Assembly (NCBI GenBank): GCA_963696035.1
Contig: CAVOIS010000006.1
Coordinates: 180,486 to 244,485, forward strand
DNA: 64,000 nt
Origin: an uncultured Acidobacteriota bacterium
Lineage (GTDB): Bacteria > Acidobacteriota > Terriglobia > Acidiferrales > UBA7541
Direction of reading: 5' to 3'
In this document: piece by piece, positions 1 through 8,758 of the stretch
Layout of the letters: every line of letters begins with the position of its first letter
How positions within the stretch are numbered: position 1 is the stretch's first letter
The notes under the pieces: generated by a model
The model's input: the letters and a program-made list of their open reading frames with translations, nothing else
What the model was told of the DNA's origin: nothing
Databases searched by the model: none
Position numbers and translations under genes: made by a program

Positions 1-380
1 TGGCCGGATCGCTCGTAGCCGCGAATCGCTTGTCCTGGCTCGATAATCGCGCCCTCGAACGCAATGCCGCCTCCTACGGGCTGTTCCTCATGTTCATGCT
101 GATTCCGATTTGCCGTTTCCTCAACCGCCCGGTCAAAATGTTTGCTTCCGCCATGATCGCCTGGTCCATGTTCGTCGTCGCCTACGACATTGCCGGCTTC
201 TTCTTTCACAATCTCTTCCAGGCGTTGCGCGCGCCGTTTGATGCATTCCTCGAAGGAGCGATCGTTTACGGCGTTTGCGCGGTCGGTTCGTGGGTAGGCA
301 GCATGGCCCTGCTAGCGCGCCAACAACCCATCGCTCCGCGCCGCCGCCGCTCGGATTTCTTCGACAGCCACCATCGATGA
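1..380 (+). CDS. hypothetical integral membrane protein (5' end outside window)
   Basis: Listed ORF 30..380 stays open in the same frame back to base 3, so the gene starts upstream of the window. Hydrophobic segments LFLMFMLIPI, MIAWSMFVVAYDIAGFFF, IVYGVCAVGSWVGSMALL. Its TGA overlaps the next ATG (ATGA at 377-380). Confidence 0.45.
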   Translation, partial: AGSLVAANRLSWLDNRALERNAASYGLFLMFMLIPICRFLNRPVKMFASAMIAWSMFVVAYDIAGFFFHNLFQALRAPFDAFLEGAIVYGVCAVGSWVGSMALLARQQPIAPRRRRSDFFDSHHR

Positions 381-1189
381 AGCTCTGCCGTTTCCAGTCC
401 CTGGAATTTGACGCGCAAAACGTAGGCCGATCGGCCCGGGAAACTCATCCAGCGCCGCGCAACGGAATCATCGAAGACAGTCGTATCTCCGAAATTCATG
501 GCGAGCTCTGGGGCCCGCGCGAACACACCGGAAAATCGTGGCCGCTTGAGGAGGTGAAACTTCTGCCTCCCTCGACTCCCAGCAAGATCGTCTGCGTCGG
601 CCGCAACTATTCAGAACACGCCAAGGAACTCGGCAACCAAGTCCCGGAGCGGCCGCTGATTTTCTTTAAGCCGCCGTCATCGGTGATCGCTTCGGAAGAG
701 CCTATCGTGTTGCCGCCGATCTCCCAGCGCGTGGACTTCGAAGGAGAACTCGCCGTCGTCATCGGCCGCCGTTACTCGCAATCGTGCGCCGGCGAAGATA
801 CCGCCGGCTACATTCTCGGATACACTTGCCTCAACGACGTCACCGCGCGCGACCTGCAAAAACTGGACGTCCAATTCACCCGCGCGAAAAGCTTCGACAC
901 CTTTTGCCCCCTCGGCCCCATCCTCGAAACCCACCTTGATCCTGCCGGCGTCACCCTCGAAACCTTCGTGAACGGAACTAGGAAACAGACTGGACACACG
1001 TCGGAAATGATGTTTTCCGTTGATGCTATAATCCGCTACATTGCGCAGGTGATGACGCTCGAACCAGGCGACGTGATCGCCACCGGCACGCCCGCAGGTG
1101 TAGGAACGCTGGCGCCCGGCGACGTCGTCGAGGTGAGCGTCAGAGGTATCGGCACGCTAAGAAACCCAGTCATCGCCGCGCTAGAGTAA
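377..1189 (+). CDS. fumarylacetoacetate hydrolase (FAH) family protein
   Basis: ORF 275..1189. ATG 377 (MKLCRF...) chosen because it gives a typical FAH-family N-terminus and is coupled to the upstream stop. Motifs KIVCVGRNYSEHAKE, PLIFFKPPSS, VDFEGELAVVIGR, GDVIATGTPAGVG. Confidence 0.85.
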   Translation: MKLCRFQSLEFDAQNVGRSARETHPAPRNGIIEDSRISEIHGELWGPREHTGKSWPLEEVKLLPPSTPSKIVCVGRNYSEHAKELGNQVPERPLIFFKPPSSVIASEEPIVLPPISQRVDFEGELAVVIGRRYSQSCAGEDTAGYILGYTCLNDVTARDLQKLDVQFTRAKSFDTFCPLGPILETHLDPAGVTLETFVNGTRKQTGHTSEMMFSVDAIIRYIAQVMTLEPGDVIATGTPAGVGTLAPGDVVEVSVRGIGTLRNPVIAALE

Positions 1190-1224
1190 GTACGAGTAGC
1201 GAACCGCCCAGCCATGCACTTTGG

Positions 1225-1251
1225 GTAGGGGCACGGCAGGCCGTGCCCGCT
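1225..1251. repeat. GC-rich palindromic element, copy 1 (GTAGGGGCACGGC..GCCGTGCCCGCT)
   Basis: Perfect 8-bp stem 1229-1236/1241-1248 with CAGG loop, about 40 nt after the FAH-family stop. The same arms recur at 6170-6218. Confidence 0.6.
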
Positions 1252-1336
1252 GCGCTGTGGGCGCTCTCTCGAATCAAAATGTTTTCGAACAATCCGTCGC
1301 GATAGAGATCCAGCACGGCGGACGCAAAGGCAAGCG

Positions 1337-1804
1337 TTGAAAGAAATTCTGAGTGATTGGCACGAATGGCTTCCGCTAGCAGGAATTGCAGTGCTGGCCC
1401 TGGTCGGCATTGTCCTCTGGCTCCGCCGCACACCTGAAGACGAAAACGATATCGAACGCCAGCGCCGCGCTTACCTCAACCGCGTCGGCCGCATCGTCGA
1501 AGGCCAGGTTCTCGAGGTGGTTGACCATCACCCCGGCGAAACCCACGATCCCAACGCGAAGCAACCGAAGATGTTCCAGAAACGCCCGCCCGCGCCTACG
1601 ACATCCAATGGCATGCAAAAACTTCTCTACTACACCTACTCAATTTCCGGCGTAACCTACGAAACAGCCCAAGACATCACCGGCCTAGAAGTAGCCGCGC
1701 ATCTAAGCCGCATAGCGGCAGGCCAAACTGCCAGCGTAAAATACGACCCATCAAACCCCAGCAATTCCATCCTACTCGCCGACGATTGGTCCGGCTTACA
1801 CTGA
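1337..1804 (+). CDS. DUF3592-like membrane protein
   Basis: TTG-initiated ORF. One N-terminal TM helix (WLPLAGIAVLALVGIVLWL), then a beta-rich domain with YYTYSISGVTYE ... VKYDPSNPSNSIL, the pattern I associate with DUF3592. Confidence 0.55.
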   Translation: MKEILSDWHEWLPLAGIAVLALVGIVLWLRRTPEDENDIERQRRAYLNRVGRIVEGQVLEVVDHHPGETHDPNAKQPKMFQKRPPAPTTSNGMQKLLYYTYSISGVTYETAQDITGLEVAAHLSRIAAGQTASVKYDPSNPSNSILLADDWSGLH

Positions 1805-1846
1805 GCGTTTTTTGCGAAGTGTTTACATTGAGGCAGAGAGGCCGAA

Positions 1847-2416
1847 TCAGGCCGGACTCACTCGCTCACCGCTGGATTGTGACGTCTTCGCCACCGCCAC
1901 GGGGTTGGTAAACAGGACCGCATTCGGTATCACCACCTGCCGTCCGTCTTTTGTCGTCAGCACGGTTGCCCGAGCTTGAATATCTTCCACGTTCCCCTCG
2001 ATGCCCGTAACGCTGATCAGATCGCCAAGCTGAAACGGCTCACTCACCAATAGCAAAATACCCGCGAGAAAGTTCTGCAGAATGCTCTGGAACGCGAAGC
2101 CGATCGCCACACTGCCGATGCCCAGCATCTTGATCAGGTCGGCTGCCTGAAACGATGGCGCAACCACCGAAAGCGCAATCAGGAATCCCAGGATCACAAT
2201 ACCTGTCTGCACCAGGCGGCTGACCAGCAACGCCACACCTCGGTGTGTTCGGCGTCGCATTGTGAAGCGGCGGGTTAAAGATTTGCTGGCCGACGCCAGA
2301 ATCAGAAAGAGCACGAAAATTACAATCGCCAGTACGAAGTTCGGCAGAAGCGCAATACTCGAATTGATGATCCTGGCCCCGGACTTCCAAGCGTTGGATA
2401 TATCGATGGGCGGCAT
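1847..2416 (-). CDS. MscS-family mechanosensitive channel, short form
   Basis: TM helices plus the pore/beta-domain signature FAFQSILQNFLAGILLLVSEPFQLGDLISV ... GNVEDIQARATVLTTKDGRQVVIPNAVLFTNPV. Only 189 aa; it ends right after the beta domain. Confidence 0.75.
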   Translation of the reverse strand: MPPIDISNAWKSGARIINSSIALLPNFVLAIVIFVLFLILASASKSLTRRFTMRRRTHRGVALLVSRLVQTGIVILGFLIALSVVAPSFQAADLIKMLGIGSVAIGFAFQSILQNFLAGILLLVSEPFQLGDLISVTGIEGNVEDIQARATVLTTKDGRQVVIPNAVLFTNPVAVAKTSQSSGERVSPA

Positions 2417-2606
2417 GAGGCCCTCCTGTGAAAATCACTGCGAGGGCCGGGCCCAACCAAAGAATAGCGGTTTTGAACGCCGCTTACCAACCGTTGGTCC
2501 GCCACGTCTCAATGAACGCAATCGGAGATTGCCACTAACGTGGGCATCCGCAAATAGAACGCGGCCGTTAGGAGTGGTACACTTTTTAGTTTTCCGGAGG
2601 AGCAAA

Positions 2607-5600
2607 TTGTTTCAACTTCAACGCCAGCCCACCGTGGCCACTCTAGCCCTCGCCACAATCGCAGCTGCGGCCACGCTCGCAATCGCGCCGCTATCCGCTC
2701 AACCTCAGCCACCCACCCAGGCTCAGCAACAAAATTCCGCATCATCCGCGCCCACCATGGATCCCAGCCTGTACTCCGGCATGCGCTGGCGCCTGATCGG
2801 CCCCTACCGCGCCGGACGCGTCTCCGCCGTCGCAGGCATCCCCGGCGATCCCACCACCTATTACATGGGCACGCCAGGCGGCGGCGTCTGGAAAACCACC
2901 AGCGGCGGCACGGTTTGGAAGCCCATCTTCGACGACGCGCATGTCGCCTCTATCGGTGACGTCGCCGTCGCTCCGTCGAATCCCAATATCATCATCGTCG
3001 GCACGGGCGAACAAACCGACGGCGACGGCGTTTACCGATCCAGCGACGCCGGCGCTACCTGGATCAACATCGGCCTGAAAGATTCGCGCTACATTAGCAC
3101 CGTCGTCATTGATCCGCGCAACCCAGACACTATCATCGTCGGCGTCCTCGGCCATCCCATCCTCGGCGTCTCCAAACCCAGCGAAAATCGCGGCGTGTAC
3201 AAGACCACCGACGGCGGCAAGACCTGGACAAAAACTCTCTACAAGGACGATCTCGCCGGCGTGTCTAATATGACTGCGGACCCGAACAATCCGCGCATCC
3301 TCTACGCAGCTCTGTGGAAGCCGTTCGATTTCCGCGCGGGCCCGCCCGACGCTAGAACGCAGGACTCTTGGATTTACAAATCCACCGACGAAGGCTCCAC
3401 CTGGAAGCCCGTCTCCGAAACCGGCTTGCCCACCGAGCCCCGCGGTCGCGTGGGCCTCGCGGTAGCGCCCGGAACAAAGGGTCAGCGCGTTTTCGCCATC
3501 ATGGACCCCGGCCTGTATCGCTCAGACGATGGCGGCGCCAACTGGCGGCAAATCACAAAAGACCCGCGCATCACCGGCAATCTCTACATCTGCCGTGTTT
3601 ATGTGGACCCGAAAAATCCAGACGTCGTCTACGTGATGCAGACCACCACCTATCGCTCGACCGACGGCGGCCAGAATTTCATCGCCTATAAAGGCGCGCC
3701 CGGCGGCGATGATTATCATGTCCTCTGGATCGATCCGCAAAATTCCGACCGCATGATTCTCGGCGTGGACCAGGGCGCCACGATCAGTCTCGACGGCGGC
3801 CGCACCTGGAGCAGTTGGTACAATCAGCCGACCGGCCAGTTCTACCACGTCATTACGGACAACCAGTTCCCCTACATTTCCTACGCCCCGCAGCAGGATA
3901 GCGGCACCGTCGCCGTTCCCAATCGCAGCGACTACGGCGAAATCAGTTTCCGCGACTGGTTTTCTATCGGCGGCTTCGAATTCTGTTACATCGCGCCCGA
4001 TCCCGCGAACCCCGGCATCGTCTATTCCGGCGGCTGGTATGGCAGCGTCGTGCGCTTCGACAAAGTGACCGGACAGATCGTCCACGTTTTCGTTCGCCGC
4101 GCCAATGACCGCATGTCACAAATGCCGCCGCTGGTTTTTTCGCCGCAGGACCCGCACACGCTTTACCTCGGTGCGCAATACGTGATGAAAACCACCAACG
4201 GTGGCGTAAGTTGGACTGAGATCAGTCCCGATCTCACCACCACTGCTTCCGCGCCCGCAGCCGGTCAACCTCAGTCACAAAACGTCGCGCCCGCGTCAAG
4301 CGCGCAACCACGCCCCGCGAATGGCCACGTCCCGCTTGTCAACAACGAAAATGCCGCGGAACTAGAAGATCGCCAGACCGGCGGCAAGGATGACTTTGAA
4401 GAAGGCGCTCAACGTCCGCGCCGCACCGCGCTGACGGCTCTCACTCCTTCGCCCATCAGCGCCGACGTCATGTGGGCGGGCACCTCGAATGGCTTGATCC
4501 AATCCACCCGCGACGCTTCGCAAACCTGGCAGAACGTCACGCCGCCCGACGTCCCGGAAAAAAGTGAAATCGAAGCCATCGAAACGTCGCACTACGACGC
4601 CAACACCGCTTACGCCGTGCTCTCTGCCCGGCAGGATCCGCATCCCTATATTTATCGCACTCGCGACGCTGGAAAGTCCTGGCAGAAAATCACGCTCGGC
4701 CTCGATCCCGGTTGGATCGCCCGGGTAATTCGCGAAGACCCCGTCCGCAAAGGCTTGCTCTACGCCGGCACCGAAAACGCTCTCTACGTTTCATTCGACG
4801 ATGGCGATCACTGGCAGTCCCTGCAGCTCAACTTCCCTGCGTCGGACGTCCGCGACCTCGCCGTTCACGGCGACGACCTGGTCGCCGCCACCTATGGCCG
4901 GGGCCTTTGGATCCTTGACGATCTCTCAACTCTTCGCCAAGCCGATCCGCAAATCGCGAGCGTCAACGCCTATCTCTTCAAACCCGAGCCCACCGTGCGC
5001 GTTCGTTACGATAACAGCCAGGAAACTCCGCTGCCGCCCGAAGAGCCCACGGCGAAAAATCCTCCCGATGGCGCGATCATTGACTACTACCTAAAATCGG
5101 TTCCCACCACGCCGCTCACAATCGAAATCCACGACTCGCAGGGCAAGCTCGTGCGCCGGTTCACCAGCCTTCCGCCCAAGCCCGATACCACGCTCAAAAA
5201 TGTTCCCGATTACTGGTTCGGCCCGCAGCCGCACCTTTCGACCAGCGTCGGCATGAACCGTTTCGTCTGGGATTTGCGCTACGATCCGCCGCAAGCTCTG
5301 AATTTCAGTTACTACGGCGGGATGCTCGATTACATCGAATACACGCTGTCCGATCACGCGCTTCCCGGCGATACGCCGCGCGAACAAACTCTCGGTCCCA
5401 TCGCCGTTCCCGGTCAATACGAAGTTATTTTCATCGGCAATGGCTCGCTCATGAAACAGCCGCTCACCATCACGCTCGATCCGCGCGTGCACGTATCGCA
5501 AGCCGATCTGGAAGCCCAGCTAGTAGCCTCGAAACGAATCGTCGCAGGCCTTGCCGCAAGCTCCAAAGGCTATGAGTCCATCGCTTCGCTCCGCGCCGCC

Positions 5601-6164
5601 ATCGCCGACCGGCTGAAAACGCTCGGCCCCATGCCGGAAGAAAAGCCTGCAGCCGGGGCCCCCGGCGCAAGCGCCAAGGAAAAAACCGCGGAAGAAAAAG
5701 CCAAAGACGCGGAAGCCGCAAAGCGCGCAGGCGCCGCCGCGCCACAAGGCAACGCCAGCGCACAGAGCGGCGCCAATGCTGCCGCACAAGCTCCGGGCGT
5801 CAATCCCCAAGCCAAAGCATCCGCGGACGCGCTGAAAGACCTCGACAAGAAAGCCGCGACAATTCAGGACGGAACCTTTACGTCCCCCGGTGTAGGCCCC
5901 GTCAACCGCGACCTGGCCCGCACCTCCTTCTTCGTTCAATCCGGCGACGTAGCCCCCAGCGACACAGCGAAAGCCGCCTTAGACGAATCCTGCTCCGCCC
6001 TAAACAAAAATCTAGCAGCATGGCATGACCTGGACGCCAGCGCAGTCCCAGCCACCAACGTAATAATCGCCAAGTCCAGCCTAGCCGCCCTCCCCACAGC
6101 CACAATAATGTCAATCACGGCCGCGCCGTCAAGCCCTGCACCGACCGACGCCTGCCAACCGTAG
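2607..6164 (+). CDS. secreted BNR/Asp-box repeat protein (sortilin/VPS10-like, glycosidase-like)
   Basis: Start moved to TTG 2607 (GGAGG 6 nt upstream), which gives signal peptide MFQLQRQPTVATLALATIAAAATLAIAPLSAQ. The 2262-2606 part of the listed ORF overlaps the opposite-strand channel gene. Nine Asp-box-like repeats: YRSSDAGATW, YKTTDGGKTW, YKSTDEGSTW, YRSDDGGANW, YRSTDGGQNF, SLDGGRTW, TTNGGVSW, YRTRDAGKSW, SFDDGDHW. Confidence 0.8.
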   Translation: MFQLQRQPTVATLALATIAAAATLAIAPLSAQPQPPTQAQQQNSASSAPTMDPSLYSGMRWRLIGPYRAGRVSAVAGIPGDPTTYYMGTPGGGVWKTTSGGTVWKPIFDDAHVASIGDVAVAPSNPNIIIVGTGEQTDGDGVYRSSDAGATWINIGLKDSRYISTVVIDPRNPDTIIVGVLGHPILGVSKPSENRGVYKTTDGGKTWTKTLYKDDLAGVSNMTADPNNPRILYAALWKPFDFRAGPPDARTQDSWIYKSTDEGSTWKPVSETGLPTEPRGRVGLAVAPGTKGQRVFAIMDPGLYRSDDGGANWRQITKDPRITGNLYICRVYVDPKNPDVVYVMQTTTYRSTDGGQNFIAYKGAPGGDDYHVLWIDPQNSDRMILGVDQGATISLDGGRTWSSWYNQPTGQFYHVITDNQFPYISYAPQQDSGTVAVPNRSDYGEISFRDWFSIGGFEFCYIAPDPANPGIVYSGGWYGSVVRFDKVTGQIVHVFVRRANDRMSQMPPLVFSPQDPHTLYLGAQYVMKTTNGGVSWTEISPDLTTTASAPAAGQPQSQNVAPASSAQPRPANGHVPLVNNENAAELEDRQTGGKDDFEEGAQRPRRTALTALTPSPISADVMWAGTSNGLIQSTRDASQTWQNVTPPDVPEKSEIEAIETSHYDANTAYAVLSARQDPHPYIYRTRDAGKSWQKITLGLDPGWIARVIREDPVRKGLLYAGTENALYVSFDDGDHWQSLQLNFPASDVRDLAVHGDDLVAATYGRGLWILDDLSTLRQADPQIASVNAYLFKPEPTVRVRYDNSQETPLPPEEPTAKNPPDGAIIDYYLKSVPTTPLTIEIHDSQGKLVRRFTSLPPKPDTTLKNVPDYWFGPQPHLSTSVGMNRFVWDLRYDPPQALNFSYYGGMLDYIEYTLSDHALPGDTPREQTLGPIAVPGQYEVIFIGNGSLMKQPLTITLDPRVHVSQADLEAQLVASKRIVAGLAASSKGYESIASLRAAIADRLKTLGPMPEEKPAAGAPGASAKEKTAEEKAKDAEAAKRAGAAAPQGNASAQSGANAAAQAPGVNPQAKASADALKDLDKKAATIQDGTFTSPGVGPVNRDLARTSFFVQSGDVAPSDTAKAALDESCSALNKNLAAWHDLDASAVPATNVIIAKSSLAALPTATIMSITAAPSSPAPTDACQP

Positions 6165-6169
6165 CGCGA

Positions 6170-6218
6170 GTAGGGGCACGGCATGTCGAAGAGCCGCCGC
6201 AGGAGGGCCGTGCCCGCT
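6170..6218. repeat. GC-rich palindromic element, copy 2 (expanded loop)
   Basis: GTAGGGGCACGGC (6170-6182) and GCCGTGCCCGCT (6207-6218) form a 9-bp stem around a 24-nt loop. It begins 6 nt after the BNR-protein stop. Confidence 0.55.
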
Positions 6219-6781
6219 TCTCAACCGCCGCCCAGCGATTCGTAGAGCGCGCTGCTTGCTGCGCGCCCGGTTTTGATTTGCCGTCGTAGCGGCGGTCTTC
6301 AGAGGCTGGTCTCAGGCTCGCATTTTGCGTTCGGATGCCCTCACCCGGCTTCGCCACTTGGCCGCAAAACAGTCCAAGCCATACCAACCCCTGATCCACG
6401 AACTTCTGGAACGCGCCGCGCGAAGTTGAAGCAGGGATTGCATCCCTGGTGTACAAACCGCCATTCGCAATTTTTTTGCGAACGTGCTACGGTGCTCTTT
6501 GATTTATTACGATAACCCGAGATCGACTCAGGGAATGAACCAGCCGAAGCTCTCAACTCTTGGTTTCTCCTCCCGGAAACGCCCCGTCACAACAAGTTCT
6601 AGCCACTCATCGCTAGCCACTGGCCACTGGCCTTTTCACGAAACCCTCAATCGCCAACCCGCGCGATTAGAAATCTTCCTAACTCCAAGAAAACGAGCGG
6701 TCGCGGGACGTCTCAAGCACCAACTTTCACGAAGTTCTTGCAGCACGAATCGCGTGTCGTGGGCTATGCGGCACGGTCCAC

Positions 6782-6878
6782 GAATCACAAATCACGAATC
6801 ACAAGTCACCGCTCCCACTTCGCCAGTCGCGAGTCACCAATCACTAATCACCACTCCCCAATCACGCCTTTCCATCAC
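6782..6878 (+). repeat. heptanucleotide (nnnTCAC / AATCAC-type) repeat tract
   Basis: In-phase runs GAATCAC AAATCAC GAATCAC AAGTCAC (6782-6809) and GAGTCAC CAATCAC TAATCAC (6831-6851), plus CAATCAC (6859) and CCATCAC (6872). The tract ends 13 nt before the carboxyltransferase GTG. Confidence 0.7.
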
Positions 6879-6890
6879 CGAGCCCCGCCC

Positions 6891-8465
6891 GTGACCACCC
6901 CCACCCACCGCAAGCACTACGATCGCCTTGACGAGCTTCGCAAACTCAACCGCGAAGCCGAGGCTGGCGGCGGAGCCGAGCGCCGCGAACGCGAACACAA
7001 GCAAGGCAAGCTCAGCGCACGCGAACGTATTGACTTGCTGCTCGACGAAGGCTCGTTCGAAGAGCTAGATAAGTTCGTCCGCCACCACTCCCACGATTTC
7101 GGCATGGAAACGCAGCGCCCTCCCGGCGACGGATTCATCACCGGCTACGGCCGCATTGGTGGCCGCCTGGTCTATGTCTTCGCCCAGGATTTCACCGTGT
7201 TCGGCGGCTCGCTTTCCGAAGCCAACGCCGCGAAGATCACCAAAATCATGGACCTCGCTTTGCGTCAGGGCGCGCCCGTAATTGGCCTAAATGATTCCGG
7301 CGGCGCGCGAATTCAGGAAGGCGTGATGTCGCTTGCTGGCTACGCGGAAATTTTCCTGCGCAATACGCTCTCGAGCGGCGTGATCCCGCAGATCAGCGCA
7401 ATCATGGGCCCCTGCGCCGGCGGCGCGGTGTATTCTCCGGCCATCACCGATTTCATTTTCATGACTCGCGACACCTCCTACATGTTCGTCACCGGCCCAG
7501 ACGTGATCAAGACCGTCACCCATGAGGAAGTCACCAAGCAAGAACTCGGCGGTGCGATGACGCACAATGCGACCAGCGGCGTTGCGCATTTCGTGTCGCG
7601 CGACGATGCCGAGTGCCTGGCCATGATTCGCGAACTGTTCAGCTATCTTCCGTCGAATAATCTCGACGATCCGCCGCGCAAGCCCTCGAATGATCCCTGG
7701 GACCGCGCCACTCCCGCGCTCAACGCGCTCGTCCCCGAAAATCCGCAGCAGCCTTACGACATGAAGGACGTGATCCACGCGCTCGCCGATGATTCCGAGT
7801 TCTTCGAAGTCCACGAGCACTACGCGAAAAACATCGTGGTCGGTTTCGCGCGGCTCGATGGACGCTCCGTCGGCATCGTCGCCAATCAGCCCGCCTTCCT
7901 CGCGGGCGTACTCGATATCAACGCCTCCGTCAAAGGCGCGCGCTTCGTGCGCTTCTGCGACGCGTTCAATATCCCGCTGATAACCTTCGAAGACGTCCCC
8001 GGCTTCCTCCCCGGCACGCAGCAGGAATTCGGCGGCATCATCAAGCACGGCGCGAAGCTGCTTTTCGCGTTCGCCGAAGCCACGGTACCTAAGATCACGG
8101 TCATCACACGCAAAGCTTACGGCGGCGCCTACTGCGTCATGTCTTCCAAGCACATTCGTACGGACATCAACTTCGCCTGGCCCACCGCCGAAATTGCCGT
8201 GATGGGTCCCGAAGGCGCCGTCAACATCGTTTACAAGCGCGAAATTGACCGCGCTCCCGAATCCGACCGCGAAAACATCCGCCGTGAAAAAATCGAAGAC
8301 TTCCGCGAACGCTTCGCCAACCCCTACGTGGCCGCCGAACGCGGCTACGTCGACGCCGTAATCGAGCCTGCCCAAACCCGCGCCAAGCTGATCACCGCCT
8401 TGCGCTCCCTTGAAAACAAGCGCGACACCAACCCCCGCAAAAAGCACGGCAACATCCCGCTATGA
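6891..8465 (+). CDS. acyl-CoA carboxylase carboxyltransferase subunit (propionyl-CoA carboxylase beta / methylmalonyl-CoA carboxyltransferase 12S type)
   Basis: ORF 6738..8465. The first 51 codons only translate the heptamer repeat, so in-frame GTG 6891 is preferred. Strong family sequence: [80 protein letters not shown]. Confidence 0.9.
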   Translation: MTTPTHRKHYDRLDELRKLNREAEAGGGAERREREHKQGKLSARERIDLLLDEGSFEELDKFVRHHSHDFGMETQRPPGDGFITGYGRIGGRLVYVFAQDFTVFGGSLSEANAAKITKIMDLALRQGAPVIGLNDSGGARIQEGVMSLAGYAEIFLRNTLSSGVIPQISAIMGPCAGGAVYSPAITDFIFMTRDTSYMFVTGPDVIKTVTHEEVTKQELGGAMTHNATSGVAHFVSRDDAECLAMIRELFSYLPSNNLDDPPRKPSNDPWDRATPALNALVPENPQQPYDMKDVIHALADDSEFFEVHEHYAKNIVVGFARLDGRSVGIVANQPAFLAGVLDINASVKGARFVRFCDAFNIPLITFEDVPGFLPGTQQEFGGIIKHGAKLLFAFAEATVPKITVITRKAYGGAYCVMSSKHIRTDINFAWPTAEIAVMGPEGAVNIVYKREIDRAPESDRENIRREKIEDFRERFANPYVAAERGYVDAVIEPAQTRAKLITALRSLENKRDTNPRKKHGNIPL

Positions 8466-8625
8466 CCGCGCCATCACCAGTCTGTGCAATCTAACGTTGG
8501 CCGTGGTCCACCGGACCGCAAGCCACCGGTTAAGAGTAATCCTGCCTGAATCTTTCTTGCATCTAAGGTAATCGTGGCTTCACACAGCGTTTTCTCGTCC
8601 TTCCTGTTATTGTCTTCAGAGCTCG

Positions 8626-8642
8626 TCGCGCGAATCGCGCGA
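8626..8642. terminator. possible bidirectional terminator hairpin between convergent genes
   Basis: TCGCGCG-AAT-CGCGCGA, a perfect 7-bp GC stem, lies between the convergent carboxyltransferase and PPIase genes. No clear U-tract. Confidence 0.3.
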
Positions 8643-8758
8643 GACCTATCACTCTCGTGTTTAGCTTTTTGTCTAATAGTTGCAAGCGGCCTGGCGATAC
8701 CGTCTAGATTTCTCGCTCTGGAGTCGTCCCAGGATTACGCACGAATCGGAATCGGCGT

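Noticed and set aside
2262-2606. N-terminal extension of the BNR-protein ORF (listed start 2262).
   Set aside because: It overlaps the opposite-strand MscS-type gene and has no signal peptide. TTG 2607, with GGAGG upstream, gives a proper signal peptide.
6599-6880. Possible CRISPR array, considered because of the short repeated units.
   Set aside because: The units are 7 nt long and contiguous, with no spacers, and no cas genes are nearby. This is a simple tandem repeat, not CRISPR.
6738-6890. N-terminal extension of the carboxyltransferase ORF, and ORF 6484..6894.
   Set aside because: The translation is just the heptamer repeat ([19 protein letters not shown]). Family similarity begins after GTG 6891.
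7287-8447. Long antisense ORFs inside well-supported genes: 7287..8447(-), 54453..56342(-), 57122..58018(-), 57730..58473(-), 34847..35647(+), 41311..42054(-), 17605..18414(+), 3522..4085(-), 16594..17250(-), 47628..48239(+).
   Set aside because: Each lies opposite a gene with clear family motifs. Their translations are Arg/Gly/Ala-rich with no motifs, which is typical of GC-rich DNA.
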